NCBI GenBank assembly: GCA_963666425.2
Contig: OY762825.2
Span: 1,408,001 to 1,472,000, forward strand
Direction: 5' to 3'
Length of the DNA stretch: 64,000 bases
DNA from: Bacillota bacterium
GTDB lineage: Bacteria; Bacillota; JAAYKD01
The position numbers were made by a program, and so were the translations under genes. Under the pieces are notes generated by a model that was not told where the DNA came from, searched no databases, and saw nothing but the letters and a program-made list of their open reading frames with translations. Numbering within the stretch: position 1 is the first letter of the stretch; each line of letters starts with the position of its first letter. Positions 1 through 10,017 of the stretch are shown here, piece by piece.

Positions 1-832
1 CGACGATGGCATTGGCTTGCATTGCCGCTGTGCCCATACCGGAAAGCAAAACCGCCACGACCACTTTGGCTCCCTGAAAAATCAAAGAATCCACGCCGGA
101 AGGGATGCCGATATCCAGGATCGGCCGAATCAAAGCCATATCCAACTTCAGCCGAATCTTGGGTAAAACCAAAGATCCATCCGCTCTGCGCCGAACCGCA
201 AACAGCATAAATGCCGCCGCACTGATCCGAGCAGCCAACATGGCAATGGCTACCGCATAGATTCCCATGTGCAAGCCATAAATCAGAACGACTGCTACAG
301 TGATGTTGATGATATTGGCCAGCAAGGCAGCGATCATCGGTGTTTTTGAATTGCCGGCTGCCCGTGTCACCCCGGCGCAAACACTGGATAAACCGAGGAA
401 CACATAGCTGGCACCGGAAAAATACATATATATTTGACCCATTTGCAGCACATTGGCAGCCGATTTGCCATATAAGCCATGTAAAATCGGTCCGGCAAAG
501 CAGCCTGCCGCCAGCCCTACGACGGCGGCGATGCCAACCACCAGCACGATCGCCTGTGCCGCCGTTTCACCGGCCTCCTGATTGCGCCGGGCACCGATGC
601 GCTGCGCCACAACGACCGTAGCGCCGGACGCCAGGGCATTGAAAAATATGATGATCATATTATTGATGGAATCGACGAGATTCACCCCAGCCACCGCATA
701 ATCGCCGACATTGGAGACCAAAATCGTAGAAAAAATACCAACCAAAATAGTGAGTCCCTGCTCGATTAAGATAGGCCAAAACAGCTGCAGGAATTTTTTG
801 TTTTCCGGTGCAAGCTTTTGCTTTTTCTGCAT
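1..832 (-). CDS. MATE family efflux transporter (partial, runs off window start)
   Basis: Not in the ORF track. Manual translation from ATG at 832 gives MQKKQKLAPENKKFLQLFWPILIEQGLTILVGIFSTILVSNVGDYAVAGVNLVDSIN..., a close paralog of 1120..2511. Confidence 0.85.
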   Translation of the reverse strand, partial: MQKKQKLAPENKKFLQLFWPILIEQGLTILVGIFSTILVSNVGDYAVAGVNLVDSINNMIIIFFNALASGATVVVAQRIGARRNQEAGETAAQAIVLVVGIAAVVGLAAGCFAGPILHGLYGKSAANVLQMGQIYMYFSGASYVFLGLSSVCAGVTRAAGNSKTPMIAALLANIINITVAVVLIYGLHMGIYAVAIAMLAARISAAAFMLFAVRRRADGSLVLPKIRLKLDMALIRPILDIGIPSGVDSLIFQGAKVVVAVLLSGMGTAAMQANAIV

Positions 833-1119
833 TTTATGCCTCCGTAGCCGATTCCGCCCCCCAGGCCGGCTGGAATCGATGATCAATCTGTTTCGATCTG
901 TCTGCTGGTCAGAAAAGAGGAAGAGAGTAAATATAAAATTAAGAATACCATGTTACGCTTCTTTCTGCAATCGAAATTGTTCAGGGAAATTGTTAGCTTT
1001 CTGTCAATTTCTAACTTCTCTGCCGAATCCATCCCAAAAAGCGCTGCCTCAAAGCAAAGCCGATAAAAAAGGAACCGTTTTCAAAAAAACAGCTCCCGTT
1101 TTATTTCTGTGCAGGTGTT

Positions 1120-2511
1120 CTATTCCGGCAGACTGGCCGGCTGCGCCGACAGATTTCCTTCGTCGAGTGGCAGCTTACCGCCGTGCCATTTGTTCTTCTC
1201 CAGGCGCCAAGTGAAGCCGATGGCGCGTCCCAGCCAGTCGGCCAGCATACCCATCCAAACCCCAAACACACCCCAACCCAGATAAATTCCCAAGAACCAA
1301 CCCACCAATAAACGCATACCGAATAAACTGATGACAGAAACCACCATCGTATATCGGGCATCCCCGGTCGCGCGCAGGCATTGCGGTAAAACAAAGGCCC
1401 AGGCATAAATAAACGGCTGCACTATGGCGCAAATCATCAGAATCCGATAAGCCAGCGCCGCACTTTCGGCAGATGCGCCGTAAAAAGAGATGAGCCCTTT
1501 CAGGATCAGCAGATAAGGCAGCAGCAGCACAGCTTGAATTGCGGCGGTGTAGAGATTCAATTTACGCATCCAAAGCTTAGCGGTATGATACAGTCTGGCG
1601 CCGTACGCTTGTCCTACCATGGTGACCGCAGCCGCCTGCATCGCATTGCCGGTCAGCCAGATATAACCGCCCGCCGAATTACAGATCGCATTGGCCTGCA
1701 ATGCGGCAGTACCCATGCCGGCGATGAAAACAGAAATTAAAACCTTGGCACCTTGAAAAATCAGATTATCCACACCGGAGGGAACGCCAATATTCAGCAC
1801 CGGGCGCAGTAATTTAAAATCAAGTTTGAGACGCAAAGCCGGCAGCAGCAAGGGGCCGTTTTTTTCTCTCTTGATGGTGAAAAACATGAACAAGCCGCTG
1901 ACCATGCGGGCAGCCAGCACGGCAATCGAAACCGCATAGACTTCCAGGTGAAAAATATAGATCAAAACAGCAGCAATGCTGATATTGACCAGATTAGACA
2001 GCAGCGCGGCCATCATCGGCGTGCGCGAATTGCCGGAAGCACGCGTAACGCCGGCCGAAACGCTGAATAAGGCCAGAAAAATGTAACTGATGGCGGAGAA
2101 ACGCAAATAAATGACGCCCACCTGCAAAACATTGTCCGCCGCGGAGCCGTAAAGCAGATTGAGCAGCGGTTTCGCAAAGCAAAAGGCGGCGGCACCCAAC
2201 AAAATCGAAGAACCAACAACCAGGACAATCGACTGCGCGGCTGTTTGACCGGCCTGCTGATTGCGGCCGGCTCCGATATGCTGCGCAACCATCACAGACG
2301 CACCAACCGCCAAGGAATTAAACAAAATAATGATCAGCTGATTGATCGTATCGACCAAATTGACGCCGGCTACGGCATAATCACCGACATTGGAAACCAG
2401 AATGGTGGAAACCATACCCACCAAAATGGTGAGGGCTTGTTCAATCAGGATCGGCCAAAACAGGGAAAAAAGTTTTCTATTTTCCGGGCTGATTTTAAAA
2501 TGATTCCGCAT
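1120..2511 (-). CDS. MATE family efflux transporter
   Basis: About 12 TM segments with MATE motifs (VSNVGDYAVAGVNLVD, RASGNSRTPM, LRATGDARYTM). Start placed at the ATG after the GAGG RBS; the ORF track starts at 2535. Confidence 0.9.
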   Translation of the reverse strand: MRNHFKISPENRKLFSLFWPILIEQALTILVGMVSTILVSNVGDYAVAGVNLVDTINQLIIILFNSLAVGASVMVAQHIGAGRNQQAGQTAAQSIVLVVGSSILLGAAAFCFAKPLLNLLYGSAADNVLQVGVIYLRFSAISYIFLALFSVSAGVTRASGNSRTPMMAALLSNLVNISIAAVLIYIFHLEVYAVSIAVLAARMVSGLFMFFTIKREKNGPLLLPALRLKLDFKLLRPVLNIGVPSGVDNLIFQGAKVLISVFIAGMGTAALQANAICNSAGGYIWLTGNAMQAAAVTMVGQAYGARLYHTAKLWMRKLNLYTAAIQAVLLLPYLLILKGLISFYGASAESAALAYRILMICAIVQPFIYAWAFVLPQCLRATGDARYTMVVSVISLFGMRLLVGWFLGIYLGWGVFGVWMGMLADWLGRAIGFTWRLEKNKWHGGKLPLDEGNLSAQPASLPE

Positions 2512-2693
2512 TTCCTCTACGCCCTCTCCGCGCATTTATTCTTACCGTTAGCATAACATGCACTATTCCGCTGCGCAAGCGAGTTTCAGAAAATATCTGA
2601 TTTCTGCCGAATTTGAAAAATCGCACTTTTTTCATTTACCTGCTCTATTGATTCATGTTATACTGTAAGCCTAAGATTGAAAAAGAACGGTTG

Positions 2694-4076
2694 GTGAATC
2701 AATTGGTTAAGCTCGAACGAAATTCCGACTTTTACCGCCTTCTGCTGGCAATCACCTTCCCCATCGCGCTGCAGAATATCATCTCCAATGGCGTCAGCCT
2801 GATCAACAGCCTGATGCTGGGTCAATTGGGCAGCACACAGATTGCCGCGGTTTCTTTGGGCAATCAACCGAATTTTATTTTTATGCTGCTCACCATCGGC
2901 TTAGCCAGCGGCGCTACCGTCCTGACGGCACAATATTGGGGTAAACATGATATGATCGCCATCCGTCATGTGGTGGCGATCGTACTGCGCTTCGCTTTTT
3001 TTGCCTCTCTGGTTTTTGCTTTCCTCGTGGGCGTTTTCCCGGAACCGGTGATGCGGCTGTTCTCCTCAGAGCAGGATGTGATTGCCGAAGGGGTGCGCTA
3101 CTTGCGCATCGCAGCTTTTTCCTATCCCTTCTTTGGACTGACCAATACCATCCTATATGTTCTGCGCAGTGTGGAAAAGGTTTGGATGAGTTTCTGGATC
3201 ACCATCGTTACGTTTATTACCACCATTGCCTTTAATTGGCTGTTGATCTTCGGCAAGCTGGGCTTTCCGCCGTTGGGGGTTGTTGGCGCAGCCTGGGCCA
3301 ATGTATTGGCCCGTGCCCTGGCTTTTTTACTGGTGCTCTATTACCTGCTGGTCCATGAGAAACAAATCCATTTCCGCTTGAAAGACATTTTTCTGCAAGA
3401 CACCCTGCTGACTGCTGATTTCCTGCGACACTGCAGCCCGGTCATCCTGAATGAGTTCCTCTGGGGTTTTGCTTCTGCCGCGCAGAACATGGTCTTAGGT
3501 CATCTGGGCAAAGAAGGCGTCACCGCCTACAGCATTGCCTCCGCCGTACAGCAAATGGCCATGGTGGTCATGTACGGTATGGTCAGCGCTTCCAGTGTGA
3601 TCTTCGGCAAAGCCTTGGGCGCCAACCAAACCGAAAAGATCCGGCCTTATCTGAACACGATGAAGCTGCTCTCTCTGTTGGTCGGTCTGCTGGCCGCCGG
3701 CTTGATCTTACTTTTAAAAAATCCGATCATCGCGTTCTATCAGATCGACGCTTCCACCAAGCTGCTGGCGAATCAATTCATGCTGATCGTAGCGATCGTT
3801 GCTTTATTACAAAGCGCGTATTCACCGATCAGTCTGGGAGCGCTGCGGGCGGGCGGCGATACGCGCTTTGTCTTGTTTACCGATGTCTCCTTTATGTGGC
3901 TGCTCGGACTGCCTCTGGGTATCCTTGCCGCACAAGTCTGGCATCTTCCCGTCGTTTGGGTCTACGTCCTGCTCAAGATTGACGAACCGGTTAAATTGCT
4001 GCTGATTTATTGGCGCAGCAATGGCACAAAATGGATTCGTAATCTAACCAGAGAAATTGACGATACCGTGAGGTGA
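2694..4076 (+). CDS. MATE family efflux transporter
   Basis: FPIALQNII, MLGQLGSTQIAAV, AQYWGK, LRAGGDTRF. The ATG at 2655 overlaps a TGtTATACT extended -10, so a later start (GTG 2694) is more likely. Confidence 0.88.
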   Translation: MNQLVKLERNSDFYRLLLAITFPIALQNIISNGVSLINSLMLGQLGSTQIAAVSLGNQPNFIFMLLTIGLASGATVLTAQYWGKHDMIAIRHVVAIVLRFAFFASLVFAFLVGVFPEPVMRLFSSEQDVIAEGVRYLRIAAFSYPFFGLTNTILYVLRSVEKVWMSFWITIVTFITTIAFNWLLIFGKLGFPPLGVVGAAWANVLARALAFLLVLYYLLVHEKQIHFRLKDIFLQDTLLTADFLRHCSPVILNEFLWGFASAAQNMVLGHLGKEGVTAYSIASAVQQMAMVVMYGMVSASSVIFGKALGANQTEKIRPYLNTMKLLSLLVGLLAAGLILLLKNPIIAFYQIDASTKLLANQFMLIVAIVALLQSAYSPISLGALRAGGDTRFVLFTDVSFMWLLGLPLGILAAQVWHLPVVWVYVLLKIDEPVKLLLIYWRSNGTKWIRNLTREIDDTVR

Positions 4077-4082
4077 TTTGAG

Positions 4083-4913
4083 ATGGTGCATCTAATCGGA
4101 CTGCAAAAACAGAATACAGCGCTGCAATCTGCGGAATATCCTTTCAGTGTTGCCGTGATTCGTACTTTGCAGGCGCTGACCTTTCGCGCACCCGTTTGTT
4201 TTTGGGTGGGGGAAAATGGCAGCGGCAAATCTACCCTGTTGGAAGGTTTAGCCGCTAAATTGAACCTGCCGACAGTCGGCGCCAAACCAATCAGCACAGA
4301 CCCCAGCCTGGCAGCGGCGCGCAGTCTGGCGCAGTGCTTGCGACCTGTCTGGCAGAGCAAAGTCATCCATCGCGGCTTTTTCTTACGGGCAGAAGATTTT
4401 TTCGGCTTTATACAAGGGATGGGCCGCATGCGGCAGGAATTGGCGGCGGAAGAAGAGGACATCCGGCGTGAAATGAGCGAACTCGGTTCCTCCGCTTACG
4501 GCATCGAACTGGCAACCGGCTCCATGCGCGGCAACCTTAACGCTGTGACGAGAAGATACGGCGAGAATCCGGACGGCATGTCCCACGGTGAAAGTTTCTT
4601 GCACTTATTCAGCTCCCGCCTCAGCCCGAACGGTATCTACCTCCTGGATGAACCGGAAGCCGCCCTCTCACCAATGCGGCAGCTGGCTTTTCTGGATCTG
4701 CTGCTGCAAGGAGTGCAAAAAGGCAGCCAATTTATCATTGCCACCCATTCCCCCATTATTCTCTCCTATCCCGAGGCACAGATTTTTCAATTTGACGGCG
4801 GCAAATTAAAAGAAACCGCTTATCAGGACTTGGAACATGTCCGCTTTACCAAAGATTTTTTACAGAATCCCAAAGCTTTTTTGCATCATATCACCGATGA
4901 AAACCCGGAATAA
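4083..4913 (+). CDS. AAA/ABC-type predicted ATPase (COG3910-like)
   Basis: Walker A GENGSGKS, signature MSHGESF, Walker B YLLDEPE, ATHSP. Confidence 0.85.
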   Translation: MVHLIGLQKQNTALQSAEYPFSVAVIRTLQALTFRAPVCFWVGENGSGKSTLLEGLAAKLNLPTVGAKPISTDPSLAAARSLAQCLRPVWQSKVIHRGFFLRAEDFFGFIQGMGRMRQELAAEEEDIRREMSELGSSAYGIELATGSMRGNLNAVTRRYGENPDGMSHGESFLHLFSSRLSPNGIYLLDEPEAALSPMRQLAFLDLLLQGVQKGSQFIIATHSPIILSYPEAQIFQFDGGKLKETAYQDLEHVRFTKDFLQNPKAFLHHITDENPE

Positions 4914-5020
4914 AGATGCCTGCCGAACACTTCCACCTGCCAACTGCTGAGTTTCGTTCCCGCTGCGCCGGAGCGAACGCAGTTGAGATATGATTTTACA
5001 AGGAAAGGTTGTTTTGAGTC

Positions 5021-6040
5021 ATGAATTCCTCACCGTTAGCGCTTCTGAAAAAAGCAGGGAAGCGTTACTTCATTGATGCTATGGGCGCCATGGCATTGGG
5101 TCTGTTTTCTTCTCTGATTATTGGCTTGATCATCTCTCAGTTAGCCAGATTACCCGGCTTGAGCCTGCTGCAGCCGATCGGCGCCGCGCTCTCCGCAGCT
5201 TCGCCGGTCACCGGCTGCGCCATTGGCGTTGCCATTGCCTGGAGTTTAAAAGCCAAATCCCTGGTTCTCTTCTCCAATGCCGCGGTCGGGGCAGTTGGTT
5301 ATCTCGCCGGCGGTCCGGTCGGCGCTTATGTGGCGGCGGTGATCGGCACGGAAATCGGCGGTTTGGTGATTGGACATACGCCGGCTGATATTATCCTGGT
5401 TCCCTTATCCACGATCGTCAGCGGCGGTTTGGTCGGTGTCTGGTGCGGGCCTACGGTGCAGCAGGCGACGACTTATATCGGCAGTATTGTTAATGAAGCG
5501 ACGACCTTAGCGCCGATTTCGATGGGGATCTTCGTCTCCGTGATCATGGGCATTGTGCTGACCCTGCCCATCAGCTCGGCTGCTTTGAGCATCATGCTGG
5601 GCTTATCCGGACTGGCAGCGGGCGCATCCACGGCGGGCTGCTGCGCGCAAATGATCGGCTTTGCCGTGGCGAGCTTTCAGGATAACGGCATCAACGGCTT
5701 ACTGGCTCAAGGGTTGGGCACTTCCATGCTGCAAATGCCGAATATCATGCGGCGGCCGCAGATCTGGCTGGCTCCCACCCTGGCTTCCGCCATTACCGGA
5801 CCCTTAGCGACCAAGGTGTTTGCTATGAGTAATACTTCTTACGGCGCCGGTATGGGGACCAGCGGTCTGGTGGGCCAACTGGGAACCTTTGAAACCATGG
5901 GTTATTCCTGGGATGTTCTGCTGAAAGTCTTATTGATCTGCTTTATTTTACCGGCCATCTTCACGCTGTTCTTTCACCGCATTTTTCTCAAACTGGGTTG
6001 GGTCAGACCGGGTGACATGAAACTGAAAACCATGGACTAA
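5021..6040 (+). CDS. PTS EIIC-2 family / PfoS-R-like membrane protein
   Basis: DAMGAMALGLFSSLIIG, LPISSAA, GCCAQMIGFA, GMGTSGLVG are typical of this family. Confidence 0.85.
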   Translation: MNSSPLALLKKAGKRYFIDAMGAMALGLFSSLIIGLIISQLARLPGLSLLQPIGAALSAASPVTGCAIGVAIAWSLKAKSLVLFSNAAVGAVGYLAGGPVGAYVAAVIGTEIGGLVIGHTPADIILVPLSTIVSGGLVGVWCGPTVQQATTYIGSIVNEATTLAPISMGIFVSVIMGIVLTLPISSAALSIMLGLSGLAAGASTAGCCAQMIGFAVASFQDNGINGLLAQGLGTSMLQMPNIMRRPQIWLAPTLASAITGPLATKVFAMSNTSYGAGMGTSGLVGQLGTFETMGYSWDVLLKVLLICFILPAIFTLFFHRIFLKLGWVRPGDMKLKTMD

Positions 6041-6299
6041 ACGCCGGCGGTGTCTTAAAAACGCAGCGCTTGTTTTAAATAGTCTTGGCATACGGCTGAA
6101 TCGTAAAAGATTCTACTGTATGCCTTTTTTTCTGGCTGCCAGAACAAACGGTTGTTCTTTGCACACGTGCACGGCTCATTCGACACAATACGACTGGATG
6201 CTGCCAATATTACCCATTGTTTTATCTTGAATTTATTCTGTTTTAAATATATAATCAATATGGTAATTAATGTGAATTCAGCATTGAGGGGGAACCGGT

Positions 6300-8432
6300 A
6301 TGAGCGATGATTGGCAAAGCTATTTTATATCTGTCCGGCGAGACAGCGGGCGGTTCGCGCACCGGCACAGCTCCGTCTTTGCTCATAGGTTCCGATGCTG
6401 CCTGACCGGCTGTCTGCTTCTTATTCTGCTCCAAATGCCGCTTTTTCTGCAGGCGGCAGAGGGAGATCCGACCGAACTGGATCTTGCCAAAGGCGCCATC
6501 ACACTGAATACTGACAGTATCAGCGGTTGGGCTGCCGACGGCAGCGAAATCACCGCGCTCAATCCATTTGGTTATCGCATCACAGGCAGCTTAAGCTCCG
6601 ATCTGCTGACCAGCGGCATTACGGTAACCGGCGGGCGGCACCGCGTGGAACTGCAGGGCTGTCTCATCTCTCTGACGGCAGCCGACAGCATTGCTTTACA
6701 GATTACGGGTGATGCTTCGCTGACGCTGGTCCTGGCCAAAGACAGTCTGAATACTTTCTCGGCCGCAGCCGCCGCAGTGCAGTTTGGCCGCGGTTTGCTG
6801 ATTGTTTGTGACGCTGCGCTGACGATTCAAGGCGAAGGCAGTCTGACGCTGCAATGCAGCGCCGGCAGCGCGGTGGTTGCCAGCAGAGGCAGCAACGATG
6901 TTCAGCATTTGAGCATCGAAGGCGGCCGAGTCAATCTGATCGGCGACAGCAACAAAGCCATCGGCTTCCAGGGCAACGGCGGCTCTGATTTTACGATGAG
7001 CGATGGCACAGTGACTGCCATAGAGAATATCTCCACCGGTATCAGCAGTTATCAGCGCTTCCAGATCAGCGGCGGCAGTTTACGCGCCACAACCAATTGC
7101 CTGGCAACCGCTCCGGCGCCAAACGACACCACCGCACTCTTTCGCCGCATACTGACAGGCTTGCCCAAAGCAAACGCGGTTGATTTTCTATCCGTCTCTA
7201 CTGCCGGTTCTGTCAACCACTACCATTTCGTTTCTACCTACACGAATGCCACAGAAGCCAGCGGTTATCTCTATTTATGGCTGCCGCTGGGACAAAATGA
7301 AATCATCTTACAGACAGGCGGTCAAACCTACCAACTGAACGCAGACTTCCATTCCGAACTCGCAACTTCACATACCATGACTGCCATAGAGCAGCCGCTG
7401 CTGCATGTCAGCGCTTCTGCAGCAGATTTATTTACCAACAGTCTGGCCGCAGCGCCCGAGACTGCCGTACCCGCCTCTACGCAGACACACCCGAGCAACA
7501 GCGAATTTAGCCTCACCGCCGAGGGAGAACGCTTTTGGTATTGGTATGACAGCCTGAATCGGCGTGTGGTTTCTCTGCAGCCCACTTACCAGGCGAGGCT
7601 TACCCGCGATACTTTTTTGGAAGCCGTTGAAAAACCGAGCGGCGAACCATTCTGCGTTGTATTTCTTGCTTTGGACGGACAAATCATCGCCACAAAAACG
7701 GCTGACTTGGGCAGTGTAAGCGCACCGCTGCAAATTCCCTACTATTACGGTTATCGCTTTACCGGCTGGTCGCAGGATTTGCAGCAAATTAACGCTCATA
7801 CGCTGGTGGAAGCGCAGTACAGCCGTGTCGCCGGTCCCTTTGCCATTGAAGTCACCAATCACGGCGAGATCACAGAGCCCGGCGGACAAACCCAGTATGC
7901 CTACGCCGCCAATGTCAGCGCAGCCGCCGCTGCCACCGTAGCCGGACAGGTCTTCGCCGGCTGGCAAGCGAACGGTCAGATTGTTTCGTATCAAAATCCC
8001 TATCGCTTTATCGTCAGTCACGCCGTTCGTCTGACACCGCTCTATGCGGCGACGGCGCCTTCACCGCTGCCGCTGGTTAGCCTGCCCTATCTGCAAAGAG
8101 AAACAAGCGAAGCGGCAGCCACTGCCGAAGCGGTGCATCTGATCACGGAATATGAGATTCCCGCCGGTTTCACCTCGCTGGAATGCGGTGTACTGCTGAC
8201 CTTCTCCGCAACGGAACCGAATCCGGCCGATTTGATTCCCGGCTCGGCGGCAGTGCAATTTCAGCGCAGTCATACTCCCAATCCGACCGGCGGCACATAC
8301 ATTGTCAGCACCTCCGCCCTGGCAGCCGAGACACTCTACGCCCGTTCTTATCTGATCTACCTTGATTCAGCCGGCAGAGAGCAGACTGTTTTCAGCACGA
8401 TGGTCTGTTCACCGGCTCATGACACGGAATAA
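6300..8432 (+). CDS. Secreted protein with beta-helix/carbohydrate-binding-like region and InlB B-repeat-like domains
   Basis: GAGGGGG RBS; hydrophobic signal-like segment ending LQA-AE; Gly/Thr-rich beta repeats (LTIQGEGSLTL, LSIEGGRV, FQISGGSL); GYRFTGWS and FAGWQANGQIVSYQNPYRF repeats. Confidence 0.6.
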   Translation: MSDDWQSYFISVRRDSGRFAHRHSSVFAHRFRCCLTGCLLLILLQMPLFLQAAEGDPTELDLAKGAITLNTDSISGWAADGSEITALNPFGYRITGSLSSDLLTSGITVTGGRHRVELQGCLISLTAADSIALQITGDASLTLVLAKDSLNTFSAAAAAVQFGRGLLIVCDAALTIQGEGSLTLQCSAGSAVVASRGSNDVQHLSIEGGRVNLIGDSNKAIGFQGNGGSDFTMSDGTVTAIENISTGISSYQRFQISGGSLRATTNCLATAPAPNDTTALFRRILTGLPKANAVDFLSVSTAGSVNHYHFVSTYTNATEASGYLYLWLPLGQNEIILQTGGQTYQLNADFHSELATSHTMTAIEQPLLHVSASAADLFTNSLAAAPETAVPASTQTHPSNSEFSLTAEGERFWYWYDSLNRRVVSLQPTYQARLTRDTFLEAVEKPSGEPFCVVFLALDGQIIATKTADLGSVSAPLQIPYYYGYRFTGWSQDLQQINAHTLVEAQYSRVAGPFAIEVTNHGEITEPGGQTQYAYAANVSAAAAATVAGQVFAGWQANGQIVSYQNPYRFIVSHAVRLTPLYAATAPSPLPLVSLPYLQRETSEAAATAEAVHLITEYEIPAGFTSLECGVLLTFSATEPNPADLIPGSAAVQFQRSHTPNPTGGTYIVSTSALAAETLYARSYLIYLDSAGREQTVFSTMVCSPAHDTE

Positions 8433-8443
8433 AGGAGACGAAG

Positions 8444-8638
8444 ATGACAATTTTGAGTTCTGCACAAGAGAAAAAACCGAAACCGCTCAGCTCATCGCCA
8501 AAACGCAAGCCGTTTTTGCCGCCGGTTGTAGAGATTACTTATTTCTCCGCAGAAGATGTAATCGTTGCCAGCGGACCGGCGGACAGTTTCTCCACGCTAA
8601 GCCAATTGGGTATTCACCTCGACTACATCCCACGCTGA
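8444..8638 (+). CDS. Small hypothetical protein with a (Y/F)xxPxxEi...eDvI.aSG motif
   Basis: AAGGAG RBS 11 bp after the upstream stop; KPFLPPVVEITYFSAEDVIVASG. Confidence 0.65.
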   Translation: MTILSSAQEKKPKPLSSSPKRKPFLPPVVEITYFSAEDVIVASGPADSFSTLSQLGIHLDYIPR

Positions 8639-8656
8639 TATTTCCTGTTGAAAGAC

Positions 8657-8703
8657 AAAAAGAGCTGCCGCAATGACCGGATGGTCGCCCTGCGGCAGCT
8701 CTT
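8657..8703. terminator. Intrinsic terminator between convergent genes
   Basis: AAGAGCTGCCGCA / TGCGGCAGCTCTT inverted repeat with an A-run on the left (U-tract on minus strand). Confidence 0.75.
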
Positions 8704-8715
8704 GCACTGTAAAAA

Positions 8716-9873
8716 TTAGATTTGGTGATAAATCACGCCGTCAATCATCGTGAAGCAGCACTTGCTCAAATTGCTCAGCGGATCTCCCGTGAAGATGGCG
8801 ATATCGGCATCTTTGCCAACTTCCAGAGAACCCATGCGGTCGCCCACACCCAGCATTTCGGCGGGGATGATGGTCATGCCGCGAATGGCGTCGTCATATT
8901 TCATGCCTTCGCGGACGGCAATCCCGGCCATGATGGGCAGGTAACGCGTATTGGCGGAGGTATCATTCTGTAAAGCAACCGTCACGCCGGCTTCGGCTAA
9001 AACAGCCGGGTTTTGCCAGGATACTTCCCACAATTCCTGTTTGCTGTGGCCCATATTGAGCGGACCGACTGTGGCGCGCACATGTTTTGCTGCCAGGATA
9101 TCGGCGATTTTATAGCCTTCGGTGCAGTGTTCGATGATATAATCGAGGTTGAACTCTTCGGAAATGCGGATAGCGGTCAGGATATCATCAGCGCGATGCG
9201 CATGGATACGAGCTTTCATCTGACGTTTCAAAACCGGAATCAACGCTTCGGAATTAAGATCGTGGTCGGGAGCCGGTTTGCCTTCCGCTTTGGCGGTTTC
9301 CACTTTGCGCATATAATCGGTGGCTTTCAGCAAAGCATCGCGCAGCACAGCCGCATTACCCATGCGGGTGCCGTTGGTTTTGCCTTCATAATTACGTTTG
9401 GGATTCTCGCCCAAAGCCATCTTCATGCCTTCCGTACCGGGAATTACCATTTCTTCCGCACTGCGGCCGCGTAATTTCATCACAAAGCCGGTGCCGCCAA
9501 TTAAATTGGAACTGCCGGGGCCGGTATAAACAGCGGTGAAGCCGCCTTCCCGCACGACGGGAATGGCAGGATCCTGCGGATTGAGAGAATCGATCCCGCG
9601 CAAACGTGCTTGAATGGCGCCGCTCTTTTCATTGCCGTCACCGGTCGCCCAAACGGAAGGATCTCCAAATAAGGAAAGATGCGTATGAGCATCAATTAAG
9701 CCGGGCAGAACGATTTTACCGGTCGCATCAATCACGGTATAATCGGCTGGAATCTTCGTCTTCGCGTCGCCGATTTTCACAATTTTCTTATCTTCTACCA
9801 ATACAACACCGTTTTCAATTTTGCCATTGGTAATCGTCCAGACGGATCCGCCTTGAATCGCATATTTAGCCAA
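8716..9873 (-). CDS. Metal-dependent amidohydrolase (imidazolonepropionase-like)
   Basis: PGLIDAHTHL (HxH), KMALGENPK, HAHRADDI, GSLEVGKDAD; TTG start with AGGAGG RBS. Confidence 0.9.
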   Translation of the reverse strand: MAKYAIQGGSVWTITNGKIENGVVLVEDKKIVKIGDAKTKIPADYTVIDATGKIVLPGLIDAHTHLSLFGDPSVWATGDGNEKSGAIQARLRGIDSLNPQDPAIPVVREGGFTAVYTGPGSSNLIGGTGFVMKLRGRSAEEMVIPGTEGMKMALGENPKRNYEGKTNGTRMGNAAVLRDALLKATDYMRKVETAKAEGKPAPDHDLNSEALIPVLKRQMKARIHAHRADDILTAIRISEEFNLDYIIEHCTEGYKIADILAAKHVRATVGPLNMGHSKQELWEVSWQNPAVLAEAGVTVALQNDTSANTRYLPIMAGIAVREGMKYDDAIRGMTIIPAEMLGVGDRMGSLEVGKDADIAIFTGDPLSNLSKCCFTMIDGVIYHQI

Positions 9874-10017
9874 AGAAAAACGCCTCCTTAAGAATATTTC
9901 TTGTTTATCATTTCGACAAGCTAAAGATTTTTCCTGCCGTAGGAATAAAATTTATGTTTCTTTTTCGTGTAGGATTTGCTATAATGAATTACGCTCAATG
10001 TAAAGGAGGCGCCAGAT

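Noticed and set aside
711-1214. 167-aa plus-strand ORF
   Set aside because: Overlaps two minus-strand MATE genes and their intergenic region; no recognisable protein features.
2581-2595. CodY-box-like GAGTTTCAGAAAATA (weaker matches near 56900-56945)
   Set aside because: Three or more mismatches to AATTTTCWGAAAATT in AT-rich DNA; not distinguishable from chance without a genome-wide model.
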